From Nitrosopumilus sp. (GTDB taxonomy: Archaea; Thermoproteota; Nitrososphaeria; Nitrososphaerales; Nitrosopumilaceae), in the NCBI GenBank assembly GCA_965219345.1, contig OZ244732.1, positions 1,792,001-1,856,000 of the forward strand: a DNA stretch of 64,000 nt, in the 5' to 3' direction. Below, piece by piece: positions 20,060 to 31,201 of this stretch. The position numbers were made by a program, and so were the translations under genes. Every line of letters starts with the position of its first letter. Position 1 is the stretch's first letter. The notes below the pieces were generated by a model. The model was not told the DNA's origin and did no database searches. It worked only from the letters and a program-made list of their open reading frames with translations.

Positions 20060-20953
20060 ATGGAACAAGAAAAGATGAAAAAAATAGGAATTATTGGACT
20101 TGGAATATTAGGAAATGCAGTTGCCTTACATTTACTTAATTCAGGTTTTGAAGTGACAGTTTACAATAGAACAGAAGAAAAAACAATACAAGTAAGAGAA
20201 AAAGGAGCAAAAGTTGTAACATCACCAAAAGAGGTTGCAAAGAATTCAGAATTAATCATTATAGTAGTAAAAGATGCAACAGCAGTGAAAGAAATTTCAT
20301 TTGGAAAAGACGGAATCATAGAAGGAAAATATGAGAAATTAATTGTTGCAGATATGAGTACTATCGATCCATCAGAATCTAAAAATATTTCAAAAAAATT
20401 TCATGAACATAATATCAATAAATTAGATATTCCTGTAATGGGTGGGCCAAATGTTGCCATCACAGGAAATTTGGTCATGATGGTATCAGGAAACAAAGAA
20501 AGTTTTGATTATTGTAAAAATGTCTTTGAAAAAATTGCAAACAAAGTATTTTTTCTAGGAGAAAGTGGTGTAGCCCACTCTATTAAACTAGCCATGAATC
20601 TACAAATAACTATGCTTGCACTAGCGTTATCTGAAGGAATTACTCTTGTCAAAAAGGCAGATGTAGATCCAAAAATTTTTCTTGAAGTTTTAAACTCCAC
20701 ATATTTCAAAACTGGAATGAGTGAAAAAAAGGCATTCAAGATGATTGATGGGAACTATGAAACTACATTCACACTTAGTAATCTAAAAAAAGACATTAAC
20801 ACAATAACAAGTGCTGCAAAATCATTAGGAATTGAACTTCCAATGGTCAAAAAAGCAGAACAAGTGTATGAAAAGGCCGTAAAAGAGGGATTTGGGAAAA
20901 TAGACTATACAGGAATTATCGAATACATCAAAAAAATTAATGATCTCAAATAA
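20060..20953 (+). CDS. NAD(P)-dependent oxidoreductase, 3-hydroxyisobutyrate dehydrogenase/6PGD family
   Basis: IGIIGLGILG, VYNRT, DMSTIDP, DIPVMGG, KLAMN, KKDI. Confidence 0.9.
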   Translation: MEQEKMKKIGIIGLGILGNAVALHLLNSGFEVTVYNRTEEKTIQVREKGAKVVTSPKEVAKNSELIIIVVKDATAVKEISFGKDGIIEGKYEKLIVADMSTIDPSESKNISKKFHEHNINKLDIPVMGGPNVAITGNLVMMVSGNKESFDYCKNVFEKIANKVFFLGESGVAHSIKLAMNLQITMLALALSEGITLVKKADVDPKIFLEVLNSTYFKTGMSEKKAFKMIDGNYETTFTLSNLKKDINTITSAAKSLGIELPMVKKAEQVYEKAVKEGFGKIDYTGIIEYIKKINDLK

Positions 20954-21014
20954 AATCAAAATTACGAATGGATCTAAACAAAAATTCTATAAGTTATGAC
21001 AATAACACAATTTT

Positions 21015-21776
21015 ATGCGATTAAAGGATAAAGTTGTAATTGTCACAGGAGCATCAAGTGATATAGGCAAAGGAATTGTAAAGAGGTTTGTAGAAGAAGG
21101 TGCCAAAGTTGTTCTAGTTGCAAGAAATCTAGAAGGATTAGAAAAAACTAGAAAAGAAGTAGGAAATGATGAGCCTACTACATCAATTACCTGTGATTTG
21201 AAGGATGAATTACAAGTGTTACAAGCTGTAAATCAAATTATGGATACATATGGCAAAATTGATATTTTGGTGAACAGTGCAGGAGCAATTAATGATCCGG
21301 TACATTTTCACGATATGAGGGATTCAGAAATTAAAAAACTCATTGACATAAACTTGTTAGGTGTATTTCACATGACAAAGGCAGTGCTTTCAAAAATGTC
21401 AGATGTCAAAAGTGGGTCAATTGTAAACATTGGTTCCATTTCAAGTGAAAGGGCAATTCCAAGAGTTCATTTGGCTGTATATTCTGCCACTAAGGCGGCA
21501 ATTTCGATGTTTACAAAATCAATTGCTATAGAATATGCAAGAAGACATATCAGATGCAATTGTGTTAATCCAGGGATTATCAATTCAGGAATGATAAAGC
21601 CATATCTTGATGATCCTCAAGCAAGAAAAGTTCTAGAGGAAAGATTACCACTCGCCAGAATAGGAGAACCAGTAGATGTTGCAAATGCAGCACTCTATTT
21701 AGCTTCAGATGAGGCAAGTTGGGTTACAGGAATTATTCTGAATGTTGATGGCGGTAAAACAGCTTCAGAAGGATAA
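21015..21776 (+). CDS. Short-chain dehydrogenase/reductase (FabG-like)
   Basis: [28 protein letters not shown]. Confidence 0.92.
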   Translation: MRLKDKVVIVTGASSDIGKGIVKRFVEEGAKVVLVARNLEGLEKTRKEVGNDEPTTSITCDLKDELQVLQAVNQIMDTYGKIDILVNSAGAINDPVHFHDMRDSEIKKLIDINLLGVFHMTKAVLSKMSDVKSGSIVNIGSISSERAIPRVHLAVYSATKAAISMFTKSIAIEYARRHIRCNCVNPGIINSGMIKPYLDDPQARKVLEERLPLARIGEPVDVANAALYLASDEASWVTGIILNVDGGKTASEG

Positions 21777-22346
21777 TCATTTCTGAAGTAATGTTTTTGC
21801 AAGTAATTGTGATACTCGTATAGGTTCTGGAACAGAACCATGTAATGTTAATTTATTCAGAAGATGTTTTACATCTACTAAAGTACAACCCTCTTTTCTA
21901 ACAAAAACATCATAAGAAGTGTTTAAAGAAATTTTTTCGCGTTTATCTAATTTTTGGTATGCAGAAATTTTTGATTCAAACGAATTTGGAAAATGATTCT
22001 TGATAGCATCTTCAATCCCTTCAGATGCATTGTATGATATTCCAATTATCGGAATTCTTAGAGAATCGTATAATTTTTTAATGTTTATGATATTATACAT
22101 AGATACTATCAAACCAGAAATCAAAACATAACTAATATCAGGTCTTTGAAGTTCATCATACATCTCCAATATTGTGTCAGTGGCATCATCCCCTTCTAAG
22201 GTAGCACTTCCAAAGACAAACCCATCGATCACAAAATCTCGTCGCATTACAATTCCAGCAAAGATAGATTTTGAAGAATTTTGTTTGAAGCTTTCAGCAA
22301 TTGCGAGTCCACGTAACCCCTTTTTCTCAAGATGAAGAGATCTCAT
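21777..22346 (-). CDS. DUF99-family (endonuclease V-like fold) protein
   Basis: GLAIAESF...GIVMRRD, GDDATD, VPEPIRVSQLLA. Confidence 0.82.
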   Translation of the reverse strand: MRSLHLEKKGLRGLAIAESFKQNSSKSIFAGIVMRRDFVIDGFVFGSATLEGDDATDTILEMYDELQRPDISYVLISGLIVSMYNIINIKKLYDSLRIPIIGISYNASEGIEDAIKNHFPNSFESKISAYQKLDKREKISLNTSYDVFVRKEGCTLVDVKHLLNKLTLHGSVPEPIRVSQLLAKTLLQK

Positions 22347-22452
22347 GATTCTTTCTCCTCAGATATACACGATAACTTAGTCCAGTAACTATCATAATAA
22401 TTCCAGTTACCACTGACCACATTACAAGAGATGAGATTGCAGATTCATCCAC
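22327..22452 (-). CDS. Small single-TM protein (41 aa, below ORF-track cutoff)
   Basis: Manual translation MDESAISSLVMWSVVTGIIMIVTGLSYRVYLRGKNHEISSS*; overlaps the DUF99 start. Confidence 0.5.
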   Translation of the reverse strand: MDESAISSLVMWSVVTGIIMIVTGLSYRVYLRRKNHEISSS

Positions 22453-22558
22453 AATGAATTATGAATTCCTAAACATCTAAAGTTTCGGTTAACTAGGAAT
22501 AAATAATTTTCATGACAAAATCTGAAACATCTAAATAGATTTAATACGGACTGAATTC

Positions 22559-22768
22559 ATGCCTGAATTCATATGTCCTGATTGTGGAAAACGACTATTT
22601 CATGAAAATGAAACTACATTAGACATAGAAAAAACAGTTCATTCAAAATTCTGTAGAAAGGAAGAGGGGGAAACTCACAGTTTTATGCACAGAGACCCTG
22701 CACATATGCAAACTTTTGATTCAGAAAGAAAAAATGATACAGCAGGCGCTGCTATTTTGAAAAAATAG
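22559..22768 (+). CDS. Small zinc-finger-like protein
   Basis: FICPDCGK...HSKFC. Confidence 0.65.
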   Translation: MPEFICPDCGKRLFHENETTLDIEKTVHSKFCRKEEGETHSFMHRDPAHMQTFDSERKNDTAGAAILKK

Positions 22769-22819
22769 TTCCTACAACACACCTCAAAATTATATTCTAG
22801 GTAGGATGATTCAAGTTAA

Positions 22820-24034
22820 TTGTCGGAAGAATGTCATTATGATTTAGTAGTTGTAGGCGGGGGTCCAGCAGGATCATCTGCAGCGATGGTAGCGGCAAAA
22901 AATGGAATCAAAGTTGCATTGCTTGAAAAAGAAAGTTCTATTGCAGAGACAGTTAGAACTAGTGGAGTAACATGGATTCAAAGTATCAAAGAATTTGGAA
23001 TTCCAGAGGATTGTTTTAATCCAATTAGAAATTTTTCATTTTGTTCACCAAATAATGAAATTACTATCAATGACTCAGTCCCCAGAGCGGCAGTTTTAGA
23101 TGTAAGAAAAACATACAGATGGTTAGCACATGAAGCAGAAAAAGCTGGTGCAGATATTTTTCTTAAAATTAATGTCAATCAGGTAATAAAAAATGACAAA
23201 GGAGACATCGTAGGGGTAAGTGGAGTTGGACCCAATGGAAAAATAACATTTCATTCCAAAGTAGTAATTGACGCAAGTGGATTTCCTTCAACAGTTTGTA
23301 AAGCAATGGGTTTTGTAACTCAATGGGAAAGATTTGGTGCAGGAGCTGAATATGAAGCAAAAGTGGGGAATGTAGATTCTGAAACATGGTGGTTAATGGT
23401 AGGAAAACAATATTCGCCAGCAGGATATGCGTGGATTTTTCCTTTAGGAAACAATATTGTAAGAATTGGAGTAGGCATAGGTAAACCAGAATCAAATGTT
23501 GACCCAACACAAAGACTAGAAGAACTAATGAAAAAACAACTGGGTCCGATTAAAAAACTAGGAAAAATAACACCATTAGAATTTCATTATGGACTAATCC
23601 CAAATGACGGATTATCAAGAAAAACAGTCTTTAACAATTTGATACTTGTTGGAGATTCAGCTGGACAGGCAAATCCTCTTGTTTTAGAAGGAATTAGATA
23701 CGCAATAAAATTTGGGAGAGTAGCAGGAAAGGTATCATCAGACGCCATTAAATCTGGAAAGACAGATGAGACTGTACTTTATTCATACGAAAAAAATTGG
23801 AGAAATGAGATTGAGTCAAAAATCAAATCTGCAGGAAAAGTCCAGGACAGATGGATTGGTCTATCAGATGAGGAATGGGACAAAGAATTAGATATTATCA
23901 AAGAATTAAAAGCTGAAGAATTTCTTGATTTCATAAAAGCTGATTTTGGGTTATCTAATATGGTTAAATTAGCAACACATCATCCAAAACTTGCTGTAAG
24001 ACAACTCTTCAATTTAGTTAAAGGAAAAAACTAA
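22820..24034 (+). CDS. FAD-dependent oxidoreductase, geranylgeranyl reductase family
   Basis: VGGGPAGS, IDASG, PAGYAWIFP, LVGDSAGQANPL..EGI. Confidence 0.88.
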   Translation: MSEECHYDLVVVGGGPAGSSAAMVAAKNGIKVALLEKESSIAETVRTSGVTWIQSIKEFGIPEDCFNPIRNFSFCSPNNEITINDSVPRAAVLDVRKTYRWLAHEAEKAGADIFLKINVNQVIKNDKGDIVGVSGVGPNGKITFHSKVVIDASGFPSTVCKAMGFVTQWERFGAGAEYEAKVGNVDSETWWLMVGKQYSPAGYAWIFPLGNNIVRIGVGIGKPESNVDPTQRLEELMKKQLGPIKKLGKITPLEFHYGLIPNDGLSRKTVFNNLILVGDSAGQANPLVLEGIRYAIKFGRVAGKVSSDAIKSGKTDETVLYSYEKNWRNEIESKIKSAGKVQDRWIGLSDEEWDKELDIIKELKAEEFLDFIKADFGLSNMVKLATHHPKLAVRQLFNLVKGKN

Positions 24035-26992
24035 TTATCTTACATTAAAAAAGTCAGTTACTATCATATCATGATACTGTAACTGAGCAACATAAACTCC
24101 AGAATCAAATGGTTTTGACAATACTTCAGTAAATAATCCTGAAGAATTATCTTTTAGTGCAATCTCTTCAATCAGAGTACCTCTTTGATCATATACATCA
24201 ACAAAAAGATCCTCTCTAAACGCGATAGTCTTTTGAACGGCACCAGATACTATCAATTTATCATTGTCATAACTTGCTTCAATCACTGCAACACGTGATC
24301 TTATAGGAAGATATCTTTCAATAATTGTTTTGAGTTCATTTAGATCATCATCTACATTTTCAGCATTCCTGTTACTAAAACTAGACTTGATTTCATTAAT
24401 TACGGAAACAAATCTAGGATTTTCATAAAAATTCTCCCCGCCGAATTCTTTTGCAAATGACTTTAATTCCTCAAATTCGCGTGCTAGATCAACCATGTTC
24501 AAATCAGATTGGCCGTATTCATAATCAAACTTCTCTTCAATATGAACAATCTGAGTGGCCTTTGAATTTTGATATTGTAACATCACAACATAAAGGCCAG
24601 GATCTGTTGGTGCAGCCCACTGGGTGTAAAAGTTGCCCTGTTTAGTATCAGTGAATTCCAAACTACTATGAGCACTGCCATCCATATTGTAAACAGTGAC
24701 ATGCAGATTTTTTCTCTTTTCAAATATTGGTTTGTCAGTAGCTCCTTTGATGATCCAAATGTCTTTTTCAGTATCAAATGAGATATCATAGATAATTTTA
24801 GGATTATGAAGAACCAAATATTCACTAAGATAATCTCCAATCTCCAAAATCTTAGATTCCGCATCAACAAAATTTGTTATCTCAATTAACTCATAGGCAT
24901 CGTCCATCATCATATTATAGCCATCAACGTGTGCAGAGAATTCGCTATTATAGAAAGTAGAAACTGTATTTGAGAATGCATCTAGTTTTTCACGGAATTC
25001 AATACGTTTGATTTCATCTACACTGTATCCTACATCAGAACCATGTGGATTATCAGCATATGCTTTAGAAACAAGAGTCCATTCACTAAACAGGTCACGG
25101 ACTTGAGCGTCGGCTTGATCAAGATCATTTTTGATTACTAGATCTCTCACATCATCAATTTTTTCATTAATTGTCTCAGTAAATTCAATATAATTTGGTA
25201 AAAAGCGATTCTTAGTCAGACTTAGTTCAACAAGATTTTCAAGTGATTTTGCTCTCTGTAAAACATCACTAGCACGAACTTTGAATGCATCTTTGTTATA
25301 AGAATCCAAATCTGTTTTAATTTGAGGAGCTTTTTCACTGACCCATGTTAACAAAACCTCAATTCTATCAATTCTAGTAATTGAGGGATTTCCAGATTCC
25401 ATTTGTTTAGCAGTATCTAAAATTTTTAAAGCATTATCAATTAAAAACAGATTTTCATAGTCTGCTTGAAGTTCAGCCTTCTCTTTCATGGTTTTATATT
25501 GAAATTCCAAAATGAACAAAGGATTTCGTTTCTCTCGTAGTTCAGTTATTGATTGATCAAACATTGAAATAGTTTCTAAAATCTCGCCCACTGATTCTGC
25601 ATTTCCAACTCTTTCCAAAAGCAATTTCCATTCATCTACAAGGGCAGAACCAGCACCGCTTGTCTGTGAAATCTGAATACTTTTACTAATTCGTGATGAG
25701 ATCTCTATAATCTGAGTCATTTGATGAATTTCAGATTCAGATTCCAAAATATCCTCAACTGAAGTTGCAAATACCAAATCAGATTCTAATTTGCTCCAAT
25801 CAGGCATTATCAAATTTGCAAGGTCGCTATTTTCTTGAGAATTAGAAGAAACAAATCTATCAACTGTATCTAGCTGTCGCAAAAGTATTGCTGCTTTATG
25901 TAATTCCGATACAGAAGTCTTTGATGCAATTAATTCCGAAATAGATTCTTTTCCCTCTAATGAAGGCTTGATAGTTTCCCAATTATTTTGAACAAGTCTG
26001 TAAAGATCACTTTGCTTTCGTGACACAACATCAAGATATCTCGATTTTGTAAGAATATCAATGAGTTCAGTGATTTCGTCAGAGTAAATTGGAGCCGTGC
26101 CTCTAGCAAAGATAAAGCCAATTTCATTTTTTACAGACTTGCTCATTATCGTATCAGATTTTTTCATCAAGTTTAGTAATGTTTCTTCTAATTCATCAAA
26201 AGTTGGCGCTCTTGTACTAGTTATTTTTTCAGGATTAGCATTTCTAATATCAACAAAGACATCAGTTAACAAATCAATAGCTTTTACTTTGTCACCAATT
26301 TCATAATAAAATACTGCTGCAAAAATTGTTCTGTCGATAGACTTTGCAACATCAAAAGATATCTCATCTTCATTTAATAATTGCTCTACAGAGTCTAATG
26401 ATGAAGATACTGCAGGTCTGATTAATGGTTCTATTTCAATAATCAAATCATCTATAAAGAATTCATCCCACAAATCAACATAAACAGATTCCAACTCAGA
26501 CAAATTAGCAGAAGTTTGATTTGATATTGGAGATGAAATGCCAAATATTTCACTAATTAACGATGCATGATCTGATACCAAGTTTTGTGCTAAAGAAATC
26601 TTTTGGCTATTATTTTGTTCAGCAAAAAAATCAGAAGAAACATTGAAGGCAGTAGATTTTGAATAATTGCCATAGAATAATTTAATTTCATATTCACCAG
26701 AAATCCCACAAATTCTACCTTTTAATGGGATTATATCTGTGATAAAAACACCATTTGGTAATGGCATGAGTTGTTGGATTTGACACAGATCACCAAGAGG
26801 ATTAATTATTTGCATTATCAGAAAAGAATCATCTGAGATGTTTGCAACTTGGCCATAAATGAATAGAGGTGCACCATGGTCATAATTACCAAAATTTTCA
26901 ATAATTATGATCCTATCTGGACTTTGAGCAGAAGCATATACTGGCATTAAAAGAATGACAATCATGCTTAAAACAACAGGAATTTGTCTCAC
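24035..26992 (-). CDS. Large secreted/surface hypothetical protein
   Basis: Signal peptide ending VYASAQ; beta-rich modules at both ends and a helical core. Confidence 0.8.
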   Translation of the reverse strand: MRQIPVVLSMIVILLMPVYASAQSPDRIIIIENFGNYDHGAPLFIYGQVANISDDSFLIMQIINPLGDLCQIQQLMPLPNGVFITDIIPLKGRICGISGEYEIKLFYGNYSKSTAFNVSSDFFAEQNNSQKISLAQNLVSDHASLISEIFGISSPISNQTSANLSELESVYVDLWDEFFIDDLIIEIEPLIRPAVSSSLDSVEQLLNEDEISFDVAKSIDRTIFAAVFYYEIGDKVKAIDLLTDVFVDIRNANPEKITSTRAPTFDELEETLLNLMKKSDTIMSKSVKNEIGFIFARGTAPIYSDEITELIDILTKSRYLDVVSRKQSDLYRLVQNNWETIKPSLEGKESISELIASKTSVSELHKAAILLRQLDTVDRFVSSNSQENSDLANLIMPDWSKLESDLVFATSVEDILESESEIHQMTQIIEISSRISKSIQISQTSGAGSALVDEWKLLLERVGNAESVGEILETISMFDQSITELREKRNPLFILEFQYKTMKEKAELQADYENLFLIDNALKILDTAKQMESGNPSITRIDRIEVLLTWVSEKAPQIKTDLDSYNKDAFKVRASDVLQRAKSLENLVELSLTKNRFLPNYIEFTETINEKIDDVRDLVIKNDLDQADAQVRDLFSEWTLVSKAYADNPHGSDVGYSVDEIKRIEFREKLDAFSNTVSTFYNSEFSAHVDGYNMMMDDAYELIEITNFVDAESKILEIGDYLSEYLVLHNPKIIYDISFDTEKDIWIIKGATDKPIFEKRKNLHVTVYNMDGSAHSSLEFTDTKQGNFYTQWAAPTDPGLYVVMLQYQNSKATQIVHIEEKFDYEYGQSDLNMVDLAREFEELKSFAKEFGGENFYENPRFVSVINEIKSSFSNRNAENVDDDLNELKTIIERYLPIRSRVAVIEASYDNDKLIVSGAVQKTIAFREDLFVDVYDQRGTLIEEIALKDNSSGLFTEVLSKPFDSGVYVAQLQYHDMIVTDFFNVR

Positions 26993-27100
26993 AAATATCC
27001 AAATCGATGCTCATCTTACTTAAAAGATAGGCAGCTATACTACGAATATTTTTGATTTGAAAAAATCAAGGTTATAATGGAAATATAAAAATAAAAAATC

Positions 27101-27730
27101 ATGGATGGGGTTAAAAAAACGTTTGACAAATGGGCTGAAAATGGCAGGGCAGAATTAATGGAGAAAGAGCATGGGAATAATGTCTCGAAATTTTTGCAAA
27201 CGATATCATTTGATAAAGCATTTACATTTCTTGATGTTGGATGTGGTAATGGGTGGGTAGTAAGAAAAATTGCAAAAGAAAATAATTGCAAAAAATCTAT
27301 GGGGATTGATATTAGTAAGAAGATGATTACTCAAGCTAAAAAGAAAAAGGAAGATAACAAAGAAGAGTTTTTTCATACAGATGTTGAATCTTGGAATTAT
27401 AAAGGAAAGTTTAATTTCATTTTCTCAATGGAATCACTTTACTATGTAGACTCGATTGAAATGACACTTGATAAAATCTACAAATTATTGAAGCCTAATG
27501 GACAATTTTTCTGTGGAACAGATTTTTACTCAGACAACATTGCAACCGCAAGATGGGCAAACATTATGAAAATACAGATGCATCTTCATTCAAAAAAAGA
27601 ATGGAAAAAGTTTTTTCAAAATGCAGGGTTTGTAGTAAAAACAAAACACATCAAAGACATGAAAAACAAAAAGAAGTGGAAAAGAGATTTTGGGACTTTA
27701 TTCATAATAGGCACAAAACCTGAAAAGTAA
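27101..27730 (+). CDS. Class I SAM-dependent methyltransferase
   Basis: FLDVGCGNG, GIDIS, FSMESLYY, LKPNG. Confidence 0.9.
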   Translation: MDGVKKTFDKWAENGRAELMEKEHGNNVSKFLQTISFDKAFTFLDVGCGNGWVVRKIAKENNCKKSMGIDISKKMITQAKKKKEDNKEEFFHTDVESWNYKGKFNFIFSMESLYYVDSIEMTLDKIYKLLKPNGQFFCGTDFYSDNIATARWANIMKIQMHLHSKKEWKKFFQNAGFVVKTKHIKDMKNKKKWKRDFGTLFIIGTKPEK

Positions 27731-27761
27731 AACTCAAATGCAATAAAGGAATGTTATTTTC

Positions 27762-28044
27762 ATGTGAGCTGGAGCACGACACGCTGCTACGGCAGAGGAA
27801 ACTCCTCCCTCCATGCAGGAAATGTGATCCGGAGATGGATAATCAGAGATGATTGGCAACGGAACAGAAAAAAATCCAATATGGCGCACAATGATGGCAA
27901 AACCTGAGATTTCCATAAAAGGAATGAAAAAGCCGACCCACATGGAGCAAGGCCAAACAGAACTCAAGGTTCCTGTACTAAGTTCAGGTAGGCTGCAAAG
28001 CGAAATATCGTGAAAACAGAAGGAGGGTTACTCCCAGCACACAT
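27762..28044 (+). ncRNA. rnpB: RNase P RNA
   Basis: GAGGAAACTCCTCCC near the 5' end and AACAGAAGGAGGGTTA near the 3' end (P4 pairing); terminal ATGTG..GCTGGAG / CTCCCAGC..CACAT P1 helix. Confidence 0.9.
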
Positions 28045-28086
28045 AATTTTTTTTAAAAATTAAAAATTAGATTGTAATTAAATGTC

Positions 28087-29544
28087 TTAGGACAATTGTC
28101 CTACAGCTTCTTTACATACGTCGGTTGAACATTTGCAATCTGCACTGCATATACAAGCGCCTTGCATTGCACAGTCACATGCATAATCAGGATCACCACT
28201 ATCTGCTTCGCATCCACAGGCTTGATCTGTCATGGTAGAGGGTACTGTTTGCGGTGTAGGACTCTGTTGCTGAGTTTCTTCATAAACACTTCTGGTTTGT
28301 TGATAACTGGAATCATCTTTTAATTGTGCCTCACCTCTATTGGTTTGATAACCGCCAGATGATGCGCTGGTTTGATAACCTACTAATCTATTAGGATCAA
28401 TTCCCTGTTGACCTTGTGCTTCCTTTTTGAGCGATCTGTTACTGAAAATAAAAAATCCAATTCCTGCAACAGCTGCAAGTCCTGCCATACCATAAACTAT
28501 CATTATTGGAAAGCCGCCAGTTGAAGTTGTTGCATATCCTTCTGGTGGAGTTGGAGTTATACCTGCAATTTCAAGTCCTTCTAATCTGTCCAATGCACCA
28601 AAACCAATTGCTGCCAAGTTACCTGCATCAGCTGATTGTACACTTCTAACAACATAATTTTCGTCAGACACTATTTCAGCTTCAAGGATTTTTTCAATTT
28701 GAATTCCTTCTCTGAGGCTACTTTCACCCATAGTCCAGCTAGAGATAACAAATCCTTGAATGCTTTGATCCAGCCCGAATGTTTCCGCATCTGAAGTAAT
28801 TCCTGTTGGATCAAACAAAAAGTGCCAGTTAGTCATTGGTTGCTCTAAAATAAAGTCTGCATTAATGAGAGGTTTGTTAAGAATATCTTCTGCTTCAGTT
28901 CCAACAAGGAACGTATAGACATCAGGTTCTTGGTCTTTAAGTAGGTTTAATGGAATATTGATATCTAGACCATCAATTACAACTTCACCATCAGCAGAGA
29001 GTCCCCTCCAACCCAAATCAATCAAAGTTCTCTGAGAATCTTTTGTAATTACATAATTAGTTAATGTTCCTTCCAAGAGTACTTTGTAATCAATAGATGT
29101 GTTGATGTTTCTTGCTTTAAGGTGAAAATCATAAGTGATATTCAAGTCTGAGACTCTTGCTTGGCTCCCATCAGAAATAATTTTTTCATTAAGTTTAGCT
29201 AGAAGTTCTTGAACCCCAGGATTTGATAAATCAGCAGTGCCAGACACAGTCCATGTTTTCCCACGTAATTCATCAAATAGGTTTCCGCCATTTGGATATT
29301 CGATAAATATAGTTTTTAGATAACTCATTTTAAATGGGGATGAGTCATTATTGGGATTAATTCTAGCATCTAATTGTGCAGCCCATGCAGGAGCACTTGT
29401 ACCTACTAGAATAAGACCTGCCAGCATAATTGTTAAAATTATGATCCTAGACACGAGAAAAATCATGCCCATTAAAGTAATAAACTTATCCAAAATAATG
29501 ATCGCAATTTTTTGAAAAAGTAATATTGAGTGATGCAAGAACAC
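28087..29544 (-). CDS. Membrane-anchored surface protein with C-terminal Cys-rich (metallothionein-like) tail; true start probably downstream (~29467)
   Basis: Signal peptide ending APAWA, TM helix near the C-terminus, Gln-rich linker, then 9 Cys in four CxC pairs plus one. Confidence 0.78.
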   Translation of the reverse strand: MFLHHSILLFQKIAIIILDKFITLMGMIFLVSRIIILTIMLAGLILVGTSAPAWAAQLDARINPNNDSSPFKMSYLKTIFIEYPNGGNLFDELRGKTWTVSGTADLSNPGVQELLAKLNEKIISDGSQARVSDLNITYDFHLKARNINTSIDYKVLLEGTLTNYVITKDSQRTLIDLGWRGLSADGEVVIDGLDINIPLNLLKDQEPDVYTFLVGTEAEDILNKPLINADFILEQPMTNWHFLFDPTGITSDAETFGLDQSIQGFVISSWTMGESSLREGIQIEKILEAEIVSDENYVVRSVQSADAGNLAAIGFGALDRLEGLEIAGITPTPPEGYATTSTGGFPIMIVYGMAGLAAVAGIGFFIFSNRSLKKEAQGQQGIDPNRLVGYQTSASSGGYQTNRGEAQLKDDSSYQQTRSVYEETQQQSPTPQTVPSTMTDQACGCEADSGDPDYACDCAMQGACICSADCKCSTDVCKEAVGQLS

Positions 29545-29567
29545 TTTGCAGTTTTAGGAGAAATGGC

Positions 29568-30488
29568 ATGATTACGATTTTAGCAGGTGGGACAGGTTCA
29601 GTTAAGCTAGTCAGAGGATTGGTCTCTCAAGAACCCAAAGTCAATGTAATCAGCAACGTTGGAGATAATTATTGGCTTTATGGGCTCTATGTATGCCCGG
29701 ACATAGATACAATTGTTTATGGCTTGTCAGATTTACTTGATCAAGAAAAAGGTTGGGGGATTAAAAAAGATACATTCAACTTTTTGCGTCAAATGGAAGT
29801 TTTTGGAGAACCAACCTGGTTTAGAATAGGAGACAGAGATGCTGCAACACATTTGATTAGAACAAACATGCTAAAGAATGGGAAAAATTTAAGCGATATT
29901 ACAAAATGGATGTGTGAGAAATTTGCAGTTGCTGCAAATATCATACCAGTTACAGATAACACTATCGAGACAAGAATAACTACAGATAAGGGAGAATTAC
30001 ATTTGCAAGAATATTGGGTTAAGCATAGGGGAAAAGACACCATTACAGGAATTCAATATATTGGGGCAGAGAAATCTCGTCCAAATCCCGAAGCTGTGAA
30101 TGCAATACATGATGCAGACATGGTAATTTTAGCCCCAGGAAATCCACTTACATCAATTGGGCCAATGCTTCAGATTAAAGGAATCAGAAAAGAGTTATCA
30201 AAGATAAAGAAAAAAGTTGTAGCAGTTAGTCCATTAATTGGAGATAATGCAATTAGTGGGCCCGCTGCAAAATACATGCAAGCAGCAGGGATAGAATCAA
30301 ACGCATATGGATTAGCAAAAATGTATTCGGATGTTTGTTCAAACATCATTGTAGATAGCAAAGATAGAATGCTGATAAAGAAAATTCAGAGTTTAGATAT
30401 GAAAGTTTTTGAAACAAAAATTACTATGAAAAATAAATTAGCTGAAGATGCATTAGCAAATTTCATCTTAAAGCAAGTACACGTATAA
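29568..30488 (+). CDS. cofD: 2-phospho-L-lactate transferase CofD (F420 biosynthesis)
   Basis: ITILAGGTGSVK, NVGDN, CPDIDT, IGDRDAATH, LQEYWV, GPAAKYM. Confidence 0.95.
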   Translation: MITILAGGTGSVKLVRGLVSQEPKVNVISNVGDNYWLYGLYVCPDIDTIVYGLSDLLDQEKGWGIKKDTFNFLRQMEVFGEPTWFRIGDRDAATHLIRTNMLKNGKNLSDITKWMCEKFAVAANIIPVTDNTIETRITTDKGELHLQEYWVKHRGKDTITGIQYIGAEKSRPNPEAVNAIHDADMVILAPGNPLTSIGPMLQIKGIRKELSKIKKKVVAVSPLIGDNAISGPAAKYMQAAGIESNAYGLAKMYSDVCSNIIVDSKDRMLIKKIQSLDMKVFETKITMKNKLAEDALANFILKQVHV

Positions 30489-30489
30489 C

Positions 30490-31128
30490 TTGAAAATAGC
30501 TGCAATTGTTCCTGTAAAGACTTTCTCTAATGCAAAGACACGTTTAGATTTATCTCCAAATCAAATAGAAGACTTGTGCCAAGTAATGTTAGAAGAAATT
30601 CTATATACAATATCAATATCTCCACAAATTGAAAAATCAATCTTAGTAACAAAAGAGGAAAAAGCAATTGAGATTGGAAAAAAATTTAACACAATTACCA
30701 TAATTGATGAAAAAGAAGAAAGTGTTAACAGTGCAGTTGCGCTTGCAGATAAGTATCTTTTAGAGAATAATTTTGATGCTTCGATCGTGTTTCCTCAGGA
30801 CATCCCATACATCAAAACCCAGGATATTGACTTTGTGTTGAACTACAAGACGCCACCAAATTTTGCAATAGTTGTGCCATCAAGGAGGTTTGATGGAACG
30901 AATGCGCTTGTAAGGATGCCCATAGATCTAATGGAAACGCATTATGACGAGGACAGTTACAAAATTCATATGAATACTGCCAAAGGACACACACGAAATG
31001 TAGCAATGGTTTTCGTAAAAAGAATTATGTGGGATGTAGACAATACGGAAGATCTAGAATTTCTCTTAGAACAAAATGAAAAGCCCATGATTGCAGAAAA
31101 AATCAAAAAAATTTTAGGCGTGAATTAA
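30490..31128 (+). CDS. cofC: 2-phospho-L-lactate guanylyltransferase CofC
   Basis: AIVPVKTFSNAKTRL, QDIP, DGTNAL, DVDNTEDL; follows cofD. Confidence 0.93.
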   Translation: MKIAAIVPVKTFSNAKTRLDLSPNQIEDLCQVMLEEILYTISISPQIEKSILVTKEEKAIEIGKKFNTITIIDEKEESVNSAVALADKYLLENNFDASIVFPQDIPYIKTQDIDFVLNYKTPPNFAIVVPSRRFDGTNALVRMPIDLMETHYDEDSYKIHMNTAKGHTRNVAMVFVKRIMWDVDNTEDLEFLLEQNEKPMIAEKIKKILGVN

Positions 31129-31201
31129 TGGAATATATCAAAAAATAGCATAATCGGCGCGCGGTCATATGAAATGATCGACACTTAAGAATACGTGACA
31201 T

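Noticed and set aside
27734-27967. 77-aa minus-strand ORF
   Set aside because: Antisense to the RNase P RNA.
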